A stretch of DNA of 64,000 bases from Candidatus Multivoradales bacterium (lineage in GTDB: Bacteria; Acidobacteriota; Thermoanaerobaculia; Multivoradales; JAHEKO01). The stretch is taken from contig CBDFIJ010000004.1 of NCBI GenBank assembly GCA_965248055.1, positions 1,088,001 to 1,152,000 of the forward strand, in the 5' to 3' direction. Below the pieces are notes generated by a model, which did no database searches, was not told the DNA's origin, and saw only the letters and a list, made by a program, of their open reading frames with translations. Both the position numbers and the translations under genes were made by a program. Below, piece after piece: positions 20,236-29,001 of the stretch. Position 1 is the stretch's first letter. Each line of letters begins with the position of its first letter.

Positions 20236-20475
20236 CTCGTTTGGTCGATGCAGGGTATTTTTCAAGAAGCTCAACCGGTCGCGTCGGACGCGCTACGAAG
20301 CTGCCACCGCAATTGGGGCAAACACCCTTCAGTACGTTGTCAACACAATCGCGGCAGAAGGTGCACTCGAAAGAACAGATCATCGCCTGCTCAGAGTCCG
20401 GCAGCAGATCCTTGCCACAGCATTCACAACTGGGTCTGAGTTCTAGCACTTCGTTCTCCCAATGGTTTAAGAATG

Positions 20476-21165
20476 CTAGCCCCTGCGTCCGGTCAAGCGT
20501 ACGATGTACCAGAACATCATGCCGATCGAGGCAAACAGGCTCAGCGCCGCACCAACGTGGTTGCCATAGTGGCCGCGGTTAAGGATCTTGCCGGTGTCAT
20601 AGAGCACCGAGGCGCCGGCCCAGGCGATCATCGCGACGCTAAACCAAGTACCCAAACGCAAACCAACGAAATATGCGGCAATGATCAGAATGATCGCGAC
20701 GATGCTCCCCCAATAGATGTAAGGGCGCCAAGAGGAGAAATCTTTGCGCGACAGGTAGGCCACCGCGGTTAGGCCGAGGGTGCCGAGGATCGTCACCTGC
20801 GCCGCTTGGCCGATGACGCCGGGTACTTGCGCGTTGGCGTGAAATAGCAGCGGCACAATGATGATCCCTTTGGCAAGGATGTAAAGGCCGAGACCGGCGT
20901 ACTGCAATGCCCGAGTCTTGAGTCGATAAGCCATCCGGGTAGCCAGCCAAGCGACCAACAAAAACGCCCCCAAGATCATCGGCCAGGGCACCGGACGCAT
21001 CAGCGCCGCCAGCCGCTCGGCATTGCCGGTGCGAAACAGCCACACTTCAAAAGCAACAAACACCAAGATCGCCGCCAATACGTGGCTGTAGGTGCGGGTG
21101 ATGAAGCTGGCGCGGGCGCTGATCGCTCCCGGAATGACGGGCCGGGCTGCGGAGTGGCTGGGCAT
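20476..21165 (-). CDS. Bax inhibitor-1/YccA family membrane protein
   Basis: FITRTYSH, RKDFS, VLYDT, AALSLFAS; about 7 TM. Confidence 0.85.
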   Translation of the reverse strand: MPSHSAARPVIPGAISARASFITRTYSHVLAAILVFVAFEVWLFRTGNAERLAALMRPVPWPMILGAFLLVAWLATRMAYRLKTRALQYAGLGLYILAKGIIIVPLLFHANAQVPGVIGQAAQVTILGTLGLTAVAYLSRKDFSSWRPYIYWGSIVAIILIIAAYFVGLRLGTWFSVAMIAWAGASVLYDTGKILNRGHYGNHVGAALSLFASIGMMFWYIVRLTGRRG

Positions 21166-21185
21166 GGGCAAACTATACCGGGCGT

Positions 21186-21926
21186 CTACTCGACGCGACC
21201 CACCAACATCGGTAGGTCCCAGGTCACCCGTCGCCGTTCGCCCCAGCGTGATTGCAACAATTCTGCAAACGGAGCCACTGGATCTTCGGCATTTTCTTGA
21301 CGATAGCGGTTGACCGCCGACCAAGTACCAAAATAACCAACGACGTCTTCCAGGGTCCAATCTACCGACATAGAAAACTTCGGTGCGTCGAACCGGGGGA
21401 AGGGAAACGGCAAGTCACGGTAGCGAGAATCGACGTATCGACGTTCAGCAGGCCAGTAAGGCCCAACGGTTTGATCGGCGAAGTGAGTGATTCGCGAATC
21501 AACGTCGGTACCCGCGGAGAAGAACGGGTAGGTCCACGCGGCGAGAATGCCTCCCGGTTTGGCAACCCGGCGCACCTCGGCGTAGAAGCGGTCGAAATCA
21601 AACCAATGCAGAGCTTGACCGACGGTGACTAGGTCGACGCTCGCCGGTTTCAGGGGCGCGCCTTCGGCGCTGGCTGTGAGAGGGTGAAAGTCCACGGGTC
21701 GTTCCGCTCTCGCCATCTGACGCAGGCTGGCATCGGTAGCGACGACTCGCGCGAAGTGCGGCGCGAGGCGCTTAGCCGCTTGCCCGCTGCCGGTAGCGCA
21801 ATCCCAAGCGGTTTCAGTCGCCGGAACTAGGCCGGCCAGAAAGGCAAATAGCTCGGCGGGATAAGAAGGGCGGTGCGCCGCGTACCCGTCAGCGGATGAG
21901 AAGTGGTCTTTGAAGTGCGGTGACAG
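21186..21926 (-). CDS. Class I SAM-dependent methyltransferase (start codon unclear)
   Basis: Frame extends upstream of the listed ORF: HFKDHFS...YAAHRPSYP...AWDCATGSGQ; VTVGQALHWFD. Confidence 0.85.
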   Translation of the reverse strand: MSPHFKDHFSSADGYAAHRPSYPAELFAFLAGLVPATETAWDCATGSGQAAKRLAPHFARVVATDASLRQMARAERPVDFHPLTASAEGAPLKPASVDLVTVGQALHWFDFDRFYAEVRRVAKPGGILAAWTYPFFSAGTDVDSRITHFADQTVGPYWPAERRYVDSRYRDLPFPFPRFDAPKFSMSVDWTLEDVVGYFGTWSAVNRYRQENAEDPVAPFAELLQSRWGERRRVTWDLPMLVGRVE

Positions 21927-21970
21927 GATATTGATCTCTCAGTTCTTGGTAACTAAGTATCCTGTCACCG
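21918..21970. repeat. REPIN-like dyad (fourth copy)
   Basis: CGGTGACAGGATA...TATCCTGTCACCG. Confidence 0.85.
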
Positions 21971-21988
21971 TATTCGAGCGATCAAATA

Positions 21989-22473
21989 TCACCGACGTGG
22001 CAGCCAGCGATTCACCAAAGCTTTGTATTCGCGGTAACTGCCGCCGAACCGCCGTTGCAGGTTCGGCTCCTCGTAGAAAATGACAAACAGATGAGTCAGC
22101 AAGAGGAAAAATACCGTGACCAAAAGAGTGGAGATTGAGCTAAGCATCAGGCCAGCGCCAGCAATGACGGTCGCCGCACCCAGGTACATCGGGTTGCGCA
22201 CCCAGCGATACGGTCCAACCGCGACAAAGTTTTTCGGCGGGTCAAACGGAGCTGGTGTTCCCCGTCCTGCGAAGGCAAAAGTAGCGATACAACTCACTGT
22301 GACAACTGCGCCGACAACGGCAACCGCGAGCCCTGGAATCCTGAGCCAAACTGGAAGCGAAACGGCGAGCCGATCATCCAGGGGTCGTACAGTAACCACA
22401 ACCACCACCAAACGGCGACAAATCCAGTGGCGTAGACCAGACTGCGAACGGCGTCAAAGATTCGTTGATACAC
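21989..22473 (-). pseudogene. Isoprenylcysteine carboxyl methyltransferase/PEMT-like membrane protein, frameshifted near 22400
   Basis: GRGTPAPFDPP, GPYRWVRNPMY, EEPNL; N-terminus MYQRIFDAVRSLVYATGFVAVWWWL is in a different frame. Confidence 0.7.
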
Positions 22474-22485
22474 CTGGAGGACAAG

Positions 22486-23232
22486 CTACTCTGCCGCTTC
22501 TTCCTCCATCTCCATCTCCATCTCCATGTCTGAGTCCATTTCCATATCTTCTCCACCACCCATTCCCATATCCATATCGATGTACCAGCGCCCGTCGATA
22601 CGGACAAATTCACCGGGCTCGTCGCCAACCGAAGCCGTCGCACGATCTCCGTCGATCACCAGATCCTCAAGCACCAAACCGCCCTCCGGAATCGAGAACA
22701 TCTCGCCAGGGCCACTGTCGTCGCCATCGCTGGGCAACATCTGCATGAACTGCATCAGGTCGGAGAACAACTCAGGGGAACTGAATGCCTCGGGCATCTC
22801 GGCATCCTCGGCGTCTGGATCACCCATCGACTCTTCATCGATTCCATAGCGCGCCAGCAGGGCTTCGAACTCCGCCATCAAGCCACCCACTTCTTCGGGT
22901 GCCGCCTCTACCTCTGCTTCCTCCGCCTCCCCTTCCTCACCGAAGGCTCCGGCCATTTCCTCCGCCATGCCTTCACCCATCTCGGAAAATGCGACCATCA
23001 TTCCACCCATGGCGACAAACATAGCGTTCATCGTCTGCAGACCTTCGGGCGCCATGCAGGCGGCGAGTTCGTTCCAATCGCTGGCTTCCGCAGCCGCGGA
23101 AAAACGGTCGAAAACTGCTTGCGGGCTATCACCGCCCGGTTTAGGGGCAGCCATGGACGATGGTGCCAGCCACAAAACGGCGAGCGCAACCATGGCTACA
23201 GCCAGTGTGGATCGTGTGATTCGGCGATGCAT
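22486..23232 (-). CDS. Exported acidic Met/Glu-rich hypothetical protein
   Basis: Signal peptide; FVRIDGRWY; tail MDMGMGGGEDMEMDSDMEMEMEMEEE. Confidence 0.75.
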   Translation of the reverse strand: MHRRITRSTLAVAMVALAVLWLAPSSMAAPKPGGDSPQAVFDRFSAAAEASDWNELAACMAPEGLQTMNAMFVAMGGMMVAFSEMGEGMAEEMAGAFGEEGEAEEAEVEAAPEEVGGLMAEFEALLARYGIDEESMGDPDAEDAEMPEAFSSPELFSDLMQFMQMLPSDGDDSGPGEMFSIPEGGLVLEDLVIDGDRATASVGDEPGEFVRIDGRWYIDMDMGMGGGEDMEMDSDMEMEMEMEEEAAE

Positions 23233-23325
23233 TTGAGACCTCCTTGGGGCTGCCCCGATATCGCTGTCGGCCCGTCCGATGCTGGTCGTGCCTGAGTGAT
23301 CACGGCAGCGAAAGATTGCTGGGCA

Positions 23326-24207
23326 TCATACCGCTTTGAGATTCGAGGCTTGGCTGGACAAAAGTGTGCGCCTCACGACCGTGGGGCTCTCTTGGCTAAG
23401 AAACTCAACCGCCTGGGCGACCACTTGTGGCTGGTGCAAGATCCGGTTGTGTCCCAGTCCAGGGTGTACTTTGAGTGCCGCCCCGGGCCATCGGCTGACC
23501 CAAGCCTTCGCTTCCTCAAGCGGCACTTCGCGGTCATTGTCAGCGTGAATTGCCAGCATCTTTTCGCTTCGGGTGGGAGCGTTGAGTGCCAATTGATAAT
23601 CGCTGAAATGGGTCTTGAAGCGAGCCTCGGCAATCCTTTGAAACCGACCGTAGAGCTGGTCGGCAAAGCCAAATTCCTGGATCGCGCGCCGGGTGGAGCG
23701 AATCACGTCATCGCTGACCCCAAGGTAGACCAGACGCTCGACCGGTCCGGCATCAGCCAGCGCAGCAGTCGCCACCGCCCCACCCATCGAGTGCGCCAGG
23801 ATTCCGTGTGCTGGGGTGTTACGACGCAGCAAATCCTCAATCACCCAACGGGACTCCGGCAAGGAAGATCGATTGCCAGAAGATTCACCGTGTCCCGGCA
23901 GGTCGAACCCCACCACCCGAAATCCTCGGTCAACCAGGGGCCCAACGAAGGCGCCGAGTTGCGAGCCGCGTCCTGCCCAACCATGGACCATCAGAATAGT
24001 TGGACCTTGACCCAGAGACCAGCCGACAATCTCGCGACCCTTGACCACCCAACGTTTCGGCACAACCGACTCCATCCAAACGGTTTCCCGTGCTGGGGTC
24101 GGATGCCGCGGAGGCCGCAAAAACATCTCGAAAAATAGCCGGCTGCCAAGTCTCGGCGATAGGCGAAACAGCGCATTGGTGATGCGTGGAATCCATACGG
24201 GAATCAT
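23326..24207 (-). CDS. Alpha/beta hydrolase
   Basis: HGWAG, DLPGHG, AHSMGG nucleophile elbow, DREV, GLGH. Confidence 0.9.
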   Translation of the reverse strand: MIPVWIPRITNALFRLSPRLGSRLFFEMFLRPPRHPTPARETVWMESVVPKRWVVKGREIVGWSLGQGPTILMVHGWAGRGSQLGAFVGPLVDRGFRVVGFDLPGHGESSGNRSSLPESRWVIEDLLRRNTPAHGILAHSMGGAVATAALADAGPVERLVYLGVSDDVIRSTRRAIQEFGFADQLYGRFQRIAEARFKTHFSDYQLALNAPTRSEKMLAIHADNDREVPLEEAKAWVSRWPGAALKVHPGLGHNRILHQPQVVAQAVEFLSQESPTVVRRTLLSSQASNLKAV

Positions 24208-24211
24208 GGGA

Positions 24212-24224
24212 CGAACGTTCGTGC
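24212..24224. promoter_or_regulatory. Putative TetR operator CGAACGTTCGTGC
   Basis: Palindromic core CGAACGTTCG just upstream of the hydrolase ATG; identical 13-mer at 24908. Confidence 0.7.
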
Positions 24225-24284
24225 GTTTTTGTGGATCCATTGCGTCTTAATCCTTGTCTGGCTAATCGTCTGATTGGGTCGTTG

Positions 24285-24890
24285 TTAGGTGGAGGCTACT
24301 GGGCGAGCGTCTCGCAGTAGGCGCTCGAAAGCCGCCTGAGCTCGATCGCCAGAACGCGGATCGCGCATCAGTCGCCAGGCGTGGTGATAGGCAAGAATGA
24401 TCGAGTAGAACTCGTAGGCGAACTGCTCGGGGTCTAGGTCTGAGCGAAAATGACGCTCCTCCACGGCAATCGATGCCGCACGAGCCAGCCCATCCAACCA
24501 AGTCTGTTGATAGGCCACCAAACGATCGCGCAGCGGACCTTCTCGGTCGTCGAGCTCGTTGGCCGCAGCAATAAATATGCAACCCCCAGCTCCATAGGTA
24601 CCCCCCGCCCAATCTAGCCAATTGTCAAAAAAGGCACGTACCCGCGGTTCGCCGCGAGGTACCTTGAGAGCCACGGCGAGCACCTGATCGGTGTAGCGCA
24701 CCACGGCGGCTTCCAACACCTCTAACTGTAGGTTTTCTTTCGACCGAAAGTGGCCAAACAATCCACTCTTCGACATCCCCAAGTCCACCGCTAAACTGCC
24801 AATGGTGACCCCTTCAAAGCCCAACGCACTCACCAGATCCACCGCTCGGCTAATAATGGCTTCTCGGGTCGCTGCGCCTTTCTCGGACAT
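24285..24890 (-). CDS. TetR/AcrR family regulator
   Basis: GFEGVTIGSLAVDLGMSKSGLFGHFRSKENL HTH; GGCIF. Confidence 0.95.
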   Translation of the reverse strand: MSEKGAATREAIISRAVDLVSALGFEGVTIGSLAVDLGMSKSGLFGHFRSKENLQLEVLEAAVVRYTDQVLAVALKVPRGEPRVRAFFDNWLDWAGGTYGAGGCIFIAAANELDDREGPLRDRLVAYQQTWLDGLARAASIAVEERHFRSDLDPEQFAYEFYSIILAYHHAWRLMRDPRSGDRAQAAFERLLRDARPVAST

Positions 24891-24907
24891 TGGATGCGTA
24901 TCCTATC

Positions 24908-24920
24908 CGAACGTTCGTGC
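24908..24920. promoter_or_regulatory. Putative TetR autoregulatory operator CGAACGTTCGTGC
   Basis: Same 13-mer 17 bp upstream of the tetR ATG. Confidence 0.7.
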
Positions 24921-24959
24921 TTTTATAAAAAAAACACCCCGCTGTTCCAATCTCGTGTC

Positions 24960-25426
24960 TCAGCCAGAACGCAAGCTCAAAGTTGCAACCCCCTTCTGGT
25001 AATTCCCACATCCTCCCTTCCAGTAGGTCAACGCCAAGTCAATTGGTATTTTTCCAATTGGATTGATTTCGGATTGCGCCCGACCAGTGGAATTCGAAAC
25101 ATCCGCCTTCAAACTGTCTCCCTCCCAAAAAAGACGACATACCGAGATCCCGTACGCGCGCCAAACGACAGTCTCTTCAACACCCCTCCGAACCACTATT
25201 TCCCAATCATCGTGGTTCATGAAATGGGTGGATGGGTAAATAACGGCAACAGCTTTGACGTCTCCCCCAGGACTGACCACAGAGAAGACGTCATGAGCTC
25301 TCTGGGCCACGGCGGAATATGCGCGCACCGAGAACAGGCCAACCGCCAGAAACCAACCACAAGGTAGAAATAGACCATCGTCGCTGCGATGTACTTGCCA
25401 TATCGATTGACCGTTCTCCAAGACAT
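24960..25426 (-). pseudogene. Probable frameshifted membrane-anchored hypothetical protein
   Basis: TM-like N-terminus (25426 frame) and globular VVSPGGDVKAVAV...WEGDSL part in another frame. Confidence 0.35.
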
Positions 25427-25610
25427 TCCACAACGCTACGACCTCGTTCCAGAGCCCCAACGTTGGCCCTGAAATAGCAGTGAAAAAACTGACGAAACAA
25501 AATTTGGGCTTGATGTCTGCTGGTAGACGCAACCCCTTGCATAGTTAAAGGGTGGTCCTCTGTAGAAACAATGCAGCCTCATCCAGTGAACCCTTGCTAG
25601 GATCCTGGCC

Positions 25611-27644
25611 ATGAGCAATAACCAACCAAAGCCATACGCACTTCCCCTCGCCGCACTGTCCCTCACCGTACTGGCCCTGATTTGCACCGGGCTGCTAGCC
25701 AACCCGGCCGCAGCACAAGAGCCAGAGCAGCGCAGCGTCAACAACGGCAACGTCGTCCTCGACGGTGTTCCGGAGCTGGACCTAGAGCTAGGAGCGAAAC
25801 TCGATCGTTTCTTGAATACTCGAAGCAGCTCGTTTCGCGGCTGGACGCCCGAGGGTGGAATGTATGTAGCGACTCGATTTGGCAACACCACCCAGCTCCA
25901 CCGGGTCGATCACCCAGGAGGGGCGCGTCATCAGCTGACCTTTTTTGACGAGCCGATCGGAGCTGTGAGATCGAGACCGAATGGGACCGATTTGATTTTC
26001 TCCATGGACGCGGGTGGCAGCGAGTTCTCGCAGTTGTTTCTCCTCGACCCCAAGACTGGCGACTCGACCATGGTCACCGACGGCGAGTCGAGAAATGGCG
26101 TTGCGTTGTGGAGCGAGGATGGCAAATCGCTGGCATTTCAGAGCACCCGGCGCAACGGTAGCTCGAATGACGTTTGGATCGTGGAACCGGAAGATCCAGA
26201 TTCCGCACGGTTGGTGCTTGAGTCCCCCGACGGTGCTTGGTGGGGCCCCGCCGATTTCAGCGCCGATGGTGGTGAGCTCCTGGTCATGCAATATGTGAGC
26301 GTCAACGACTCTCGCGTCTATCTGCTCGATTTGGAGACCAAGGACCAGTACTTGATCGCCGGAGACCCCGACGATCCTTCGAGCTGGCTGGGGATTGCCC
26401 CGCAGTTTGACCACGCTGGGACCGGGGTGTTCCTCTCGACCGACAAACTGAGCGACTTCACCCAACTGGCCCATCTAGATCTTGCATCCGGTGAGATTCA
26501 GGTGATCACAGAAGACATCCCTTGGAACATCGAAGCATTCACCCTCAACGAAGATCGAACCCGGGCCGCTTTTGCCGCCAATATCGATGGGCAGTCTCAG
26601 ATCTACCTATTGGATCCGGCCTCCCGAGAGTATCGAGCGGCGGAGAATCTACCTCCTGGACTGGCGTTCAACCTGAAATTTGCCCCCGACGACAAGACGC
26701 TCACCGTCGGCCTGAATACAGCCAGCACTCCGAGCGACGTATTCACCCTGGCCTTGGCTGAATCAGCACTGGACGCTGGGGAGCTCACACGGTGGACCTA
26801 CAGCGAAGTAGGCGGGCTCGACACCACGTCGTTGGTACAACCTGAACTGATCCACTACCCCACTTTCGACCAAATAGACGGTGAACCGAGAATGATTCCA
26901 GCGTTCGTCTACGAACCCCAAGGCGACGGCCCGCATCCAGTGATCATCGACATTCATGGCGGTCCTGAAAGCCAGTATCGACCCTCATTTAGCAGTACCT
27001 ATCAAAGCTGGATCTCAACCCTGGATGCCGCGGTCATCGCGCCCAACGTCCGAGGCTCGTCGGGCTATGGCAAGGCCTATGTCAAGCTGGACAATGGTTT
27101 CTTGCGCGAAGACTCGGTCAAGGACATCGGTGCGCTGCTCGATTGGATCGCCCAAGAACCGACTCTCGACGAAACTCGGGTGATGGTGGTGGGCGGTAGC
27201 TACGGCGGTTACATGGTTTTGGCCAGCATGGTCCACTACGGTGATCGTCTGCAAGGTGGGATCGACGTGGTCGGCATCAGCAACTTCGTCACCTTCTTGG
27301 AAAATACCCAGGATTACCGCCGCGATCTACGTCGGGCTGAGTATGGTGACGAGCGCGAGCCGGCGATGCGCGAGCATCTGGAGGAAATCAGCCCGAGCAA
27401 CAGCGCGGACAAGATCACGGCGCCTCTATTCGTCGCGCAGGGAGCCAACGATCCACGGGTACCCATCACTGAGGCCGAACAGATTGTCGAGGCGGTACGC
27501 GCCTCTGGCTACGACGTCTGGTATATGAACGCGCTCAATGAGGGCCACGGATTTGGCAAGAAAGAAAACTCGGATCTCTACCTCCAGTTGGCGGGGATGT
27601 TTCTCCAGCGTCACTTGGCGCAGCCAGAAACGGAGAACGAGTAG
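25611..27644 (+). CDS. Exported S9 (prolyl oligopeptidase family) peptidase
   Basis: Signal peptide, propeller repeats, IHGGPE, GGSYGG, NDPRVP, EGHGF. Confidence 0.95.
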   Translation: MSNNQPKPYALPLAALSLTVLALICTGLLANPAAAQEPEQRSVNNGNVVLDGVPELDLELGAKLDRFLNTRSSSFRGWTPEGGMYVATRFGNTTQLHRVDHPGGARHQLTFFDEPIGAVRSRPNGTDLIFSMDAGGSEFSQLFLLDPKTGDSTMVTDGESRNGVALWSEDGKSLAFQSTRRNGSSNDVWIVEPEDPDSARLVLESPDGAWWGPADFSADGGELLVMQYVSVNDSRVYLLDLETKDQYLIAGDPDDPSSWLGIAPQFDHAGTGVFLSTDKLSDFTQLAHLDLASGEIQVITEDIPWNIEAFTLNEDRTRAAFAANIDGQSQIYLLDPASREYRAAENLPPGLAFNLKFAPDDKTLTVGLNTASTPSDVFTLALAESALDAGELTRWTYSEVGGLDTTSLVQPELIHYPTFDQIDGEPRMIPAFVYEPQGDGPHPVIIDIHGGPESQYRPSFSSTYQSWISTLDAAVIAPNVRGSSGYGKAYVKLDNGFLREDSVKDIGALLDWIAQEPTLDETRVMVVGGSYGGYMVLASMVHYGDRLQGGIDVVGISNFVTFLENTQDYRRDLRRAEYGDEREPAMREHLEEISPSNSADKITAPLFVAQGANDPRVPITEAEQIVEAVRASGYDVWYMNALNEGHGFGKKENSDLYLQLAGMFLQRHLAQPETENE

Positions 27645-27851
27645 CGTCATTGACCTGTCAGCCTGAGCGCTCTGCCATCAGTCGGATGGATCGTCTGGTA
27701 TACCCTAGCCGCACTTGTGATACCCATTCGATCTTTAGAACGCGGTATCCGTCTGCAAGCATGCCTAACTCCGCTCTTGCAACGTCAGCGATGACACCAA
27801 GACTTGGGCATGCCAGCAATTCGCCCCTCTGGGAGAGGTAAGGGAACCACA

Positions 27852-28718
27852 ATGGCACGCTCAGGAAAGACTGCGTCCTCTTGGAGGGCTTGGGGCCGTC
27901 TCCTGCTTTCTTCCAAGATCGACGCGGCGACCTCCTACAACCTGCGCGGTGACGTGGCCCTGGTCGGCGGCCAAACCATACCCATAGCAAACATGGGTTA
28001 CTGGGACCAGCGCGACCCCAAGGATCCAAACGCGATTGAGGGCGCGGTGTGCGCCTTGTTCGACATGGTGTGCTCCGGTGCCGAGATCACGACCGAGGAC
28101 CATGTGCTGGACGCTGGGTGCGGATTCGGCACCAATGCGGTGCGCTGCCTTCAGACCTTCCAGCCCCGTCGGGTTACCGGCATAAACCTATCGTCGGTTC
28201 AGTTGAAAATCGCCCAGCAGCATGCCGCCAAGTCCGGTTTTGCCGATCGAATCGCTCTAATCGAAAGCGACGCAACTAAGCTACCCCTGCACCAGCGTTG
28301 CATCGACAAGATCGTCTCCGTGGAGGCCGCATTTCACTTCGATACCCGCAAGGACTTCTTTGAGGAAGCGTTTCGCGTACTGCGCCCAGGCGGCATCATC
28401 TCCCTGGTCGACTTGCTACCCCTGCCGGCCCGCAATTGGTCTCAACGGTTGATGCTAAAGATTCTCAGGCGGACCCACGCAATCCCGAGCTCCAATGTCT
28501 ATGGAGTCAAGAAGTACCTCGACCAAGCCACCGCCGCGGGGTTTGAAATCTTGGAAGCCGAGTCGATCCTTGAACGCGTCTACACACCTTTTCGCAAATG
28601 GGTCCTAGGGAAGCCGTTTCGTCAGATCGCGGCATACCACCCGCTTTTCACCCTCACTTCCACCGCGTTCCTGGCTTATCCCTGGGACTACATACGGTTG
28701 CGTGCTCGCAAACCGTAA
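27852..28718 (+). CDS. SAM-dependent methyltransferase (sterol/natural-product type)
   Basis: NMGYW, VLDAGCGFG, SVEAAFHF, RVLRPGG. Confidence 0.9.
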   Translation: MARSGKTASSWRAWGRLLLSSKIDAATSYNLRGDVALVGGQTIPIANMGYWDQRDPKDPNAIEGAVCALFDMVCSGAEITTEDHVLDAGCGFGTNAVRCLQTFQPRRVTGINLSSVQLKIAQQHAAKSGFADRIALIESDATKLPLHQRCIDKIVSVEAAFHFDTRKDFFEEAFRVLRPGGIISLVDLLPLPARNWSQRLMLKILRRTHAIPSSNVYGVKKYLDQATAAGFEILEAESILERVYTPFRKWVLGKPFRQIAAYHPLFTLTSTAFLAYPWDYIRLRARKP

Positions 28719-29001
28719 CCCAATCCCGCAACCCATAAACCCGGTGACCGGGTAAGCGTCGCTTAGCGACGGATAAGTCGGCGGCGGCCAGTGTCGCGGC
28801 AGTCAGTGTCCCGTTCCCGCAGCCCAGATGCCCTGTCGAGCACTCTTAGTGCAGACCACAGCCGTATGAAAATTCACAATAGTTCAGTGGCAAACGTTTA
28901 CATAGTCCACTTGATGTCCGAGGGAGAGGGGCGACGTGCCGTCGATTTATTGACGCATTCGTCAACTGCCGAACCCGGCGGAGGTCAGAAGTTGACTGAG
29001 A

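Larger units (their letters stand above)
18830..20449 (-). pseudogene. DUF1272-family Cys-rich protein interrupted near its C-terminus by IS256
   Basis: MLELRPSCECCGKDL...ICSFECTFC...CPNCGG; removing the IS restores ...PASTKRVVKEGGCTG-stop at 18830. Confidence 0.85.
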
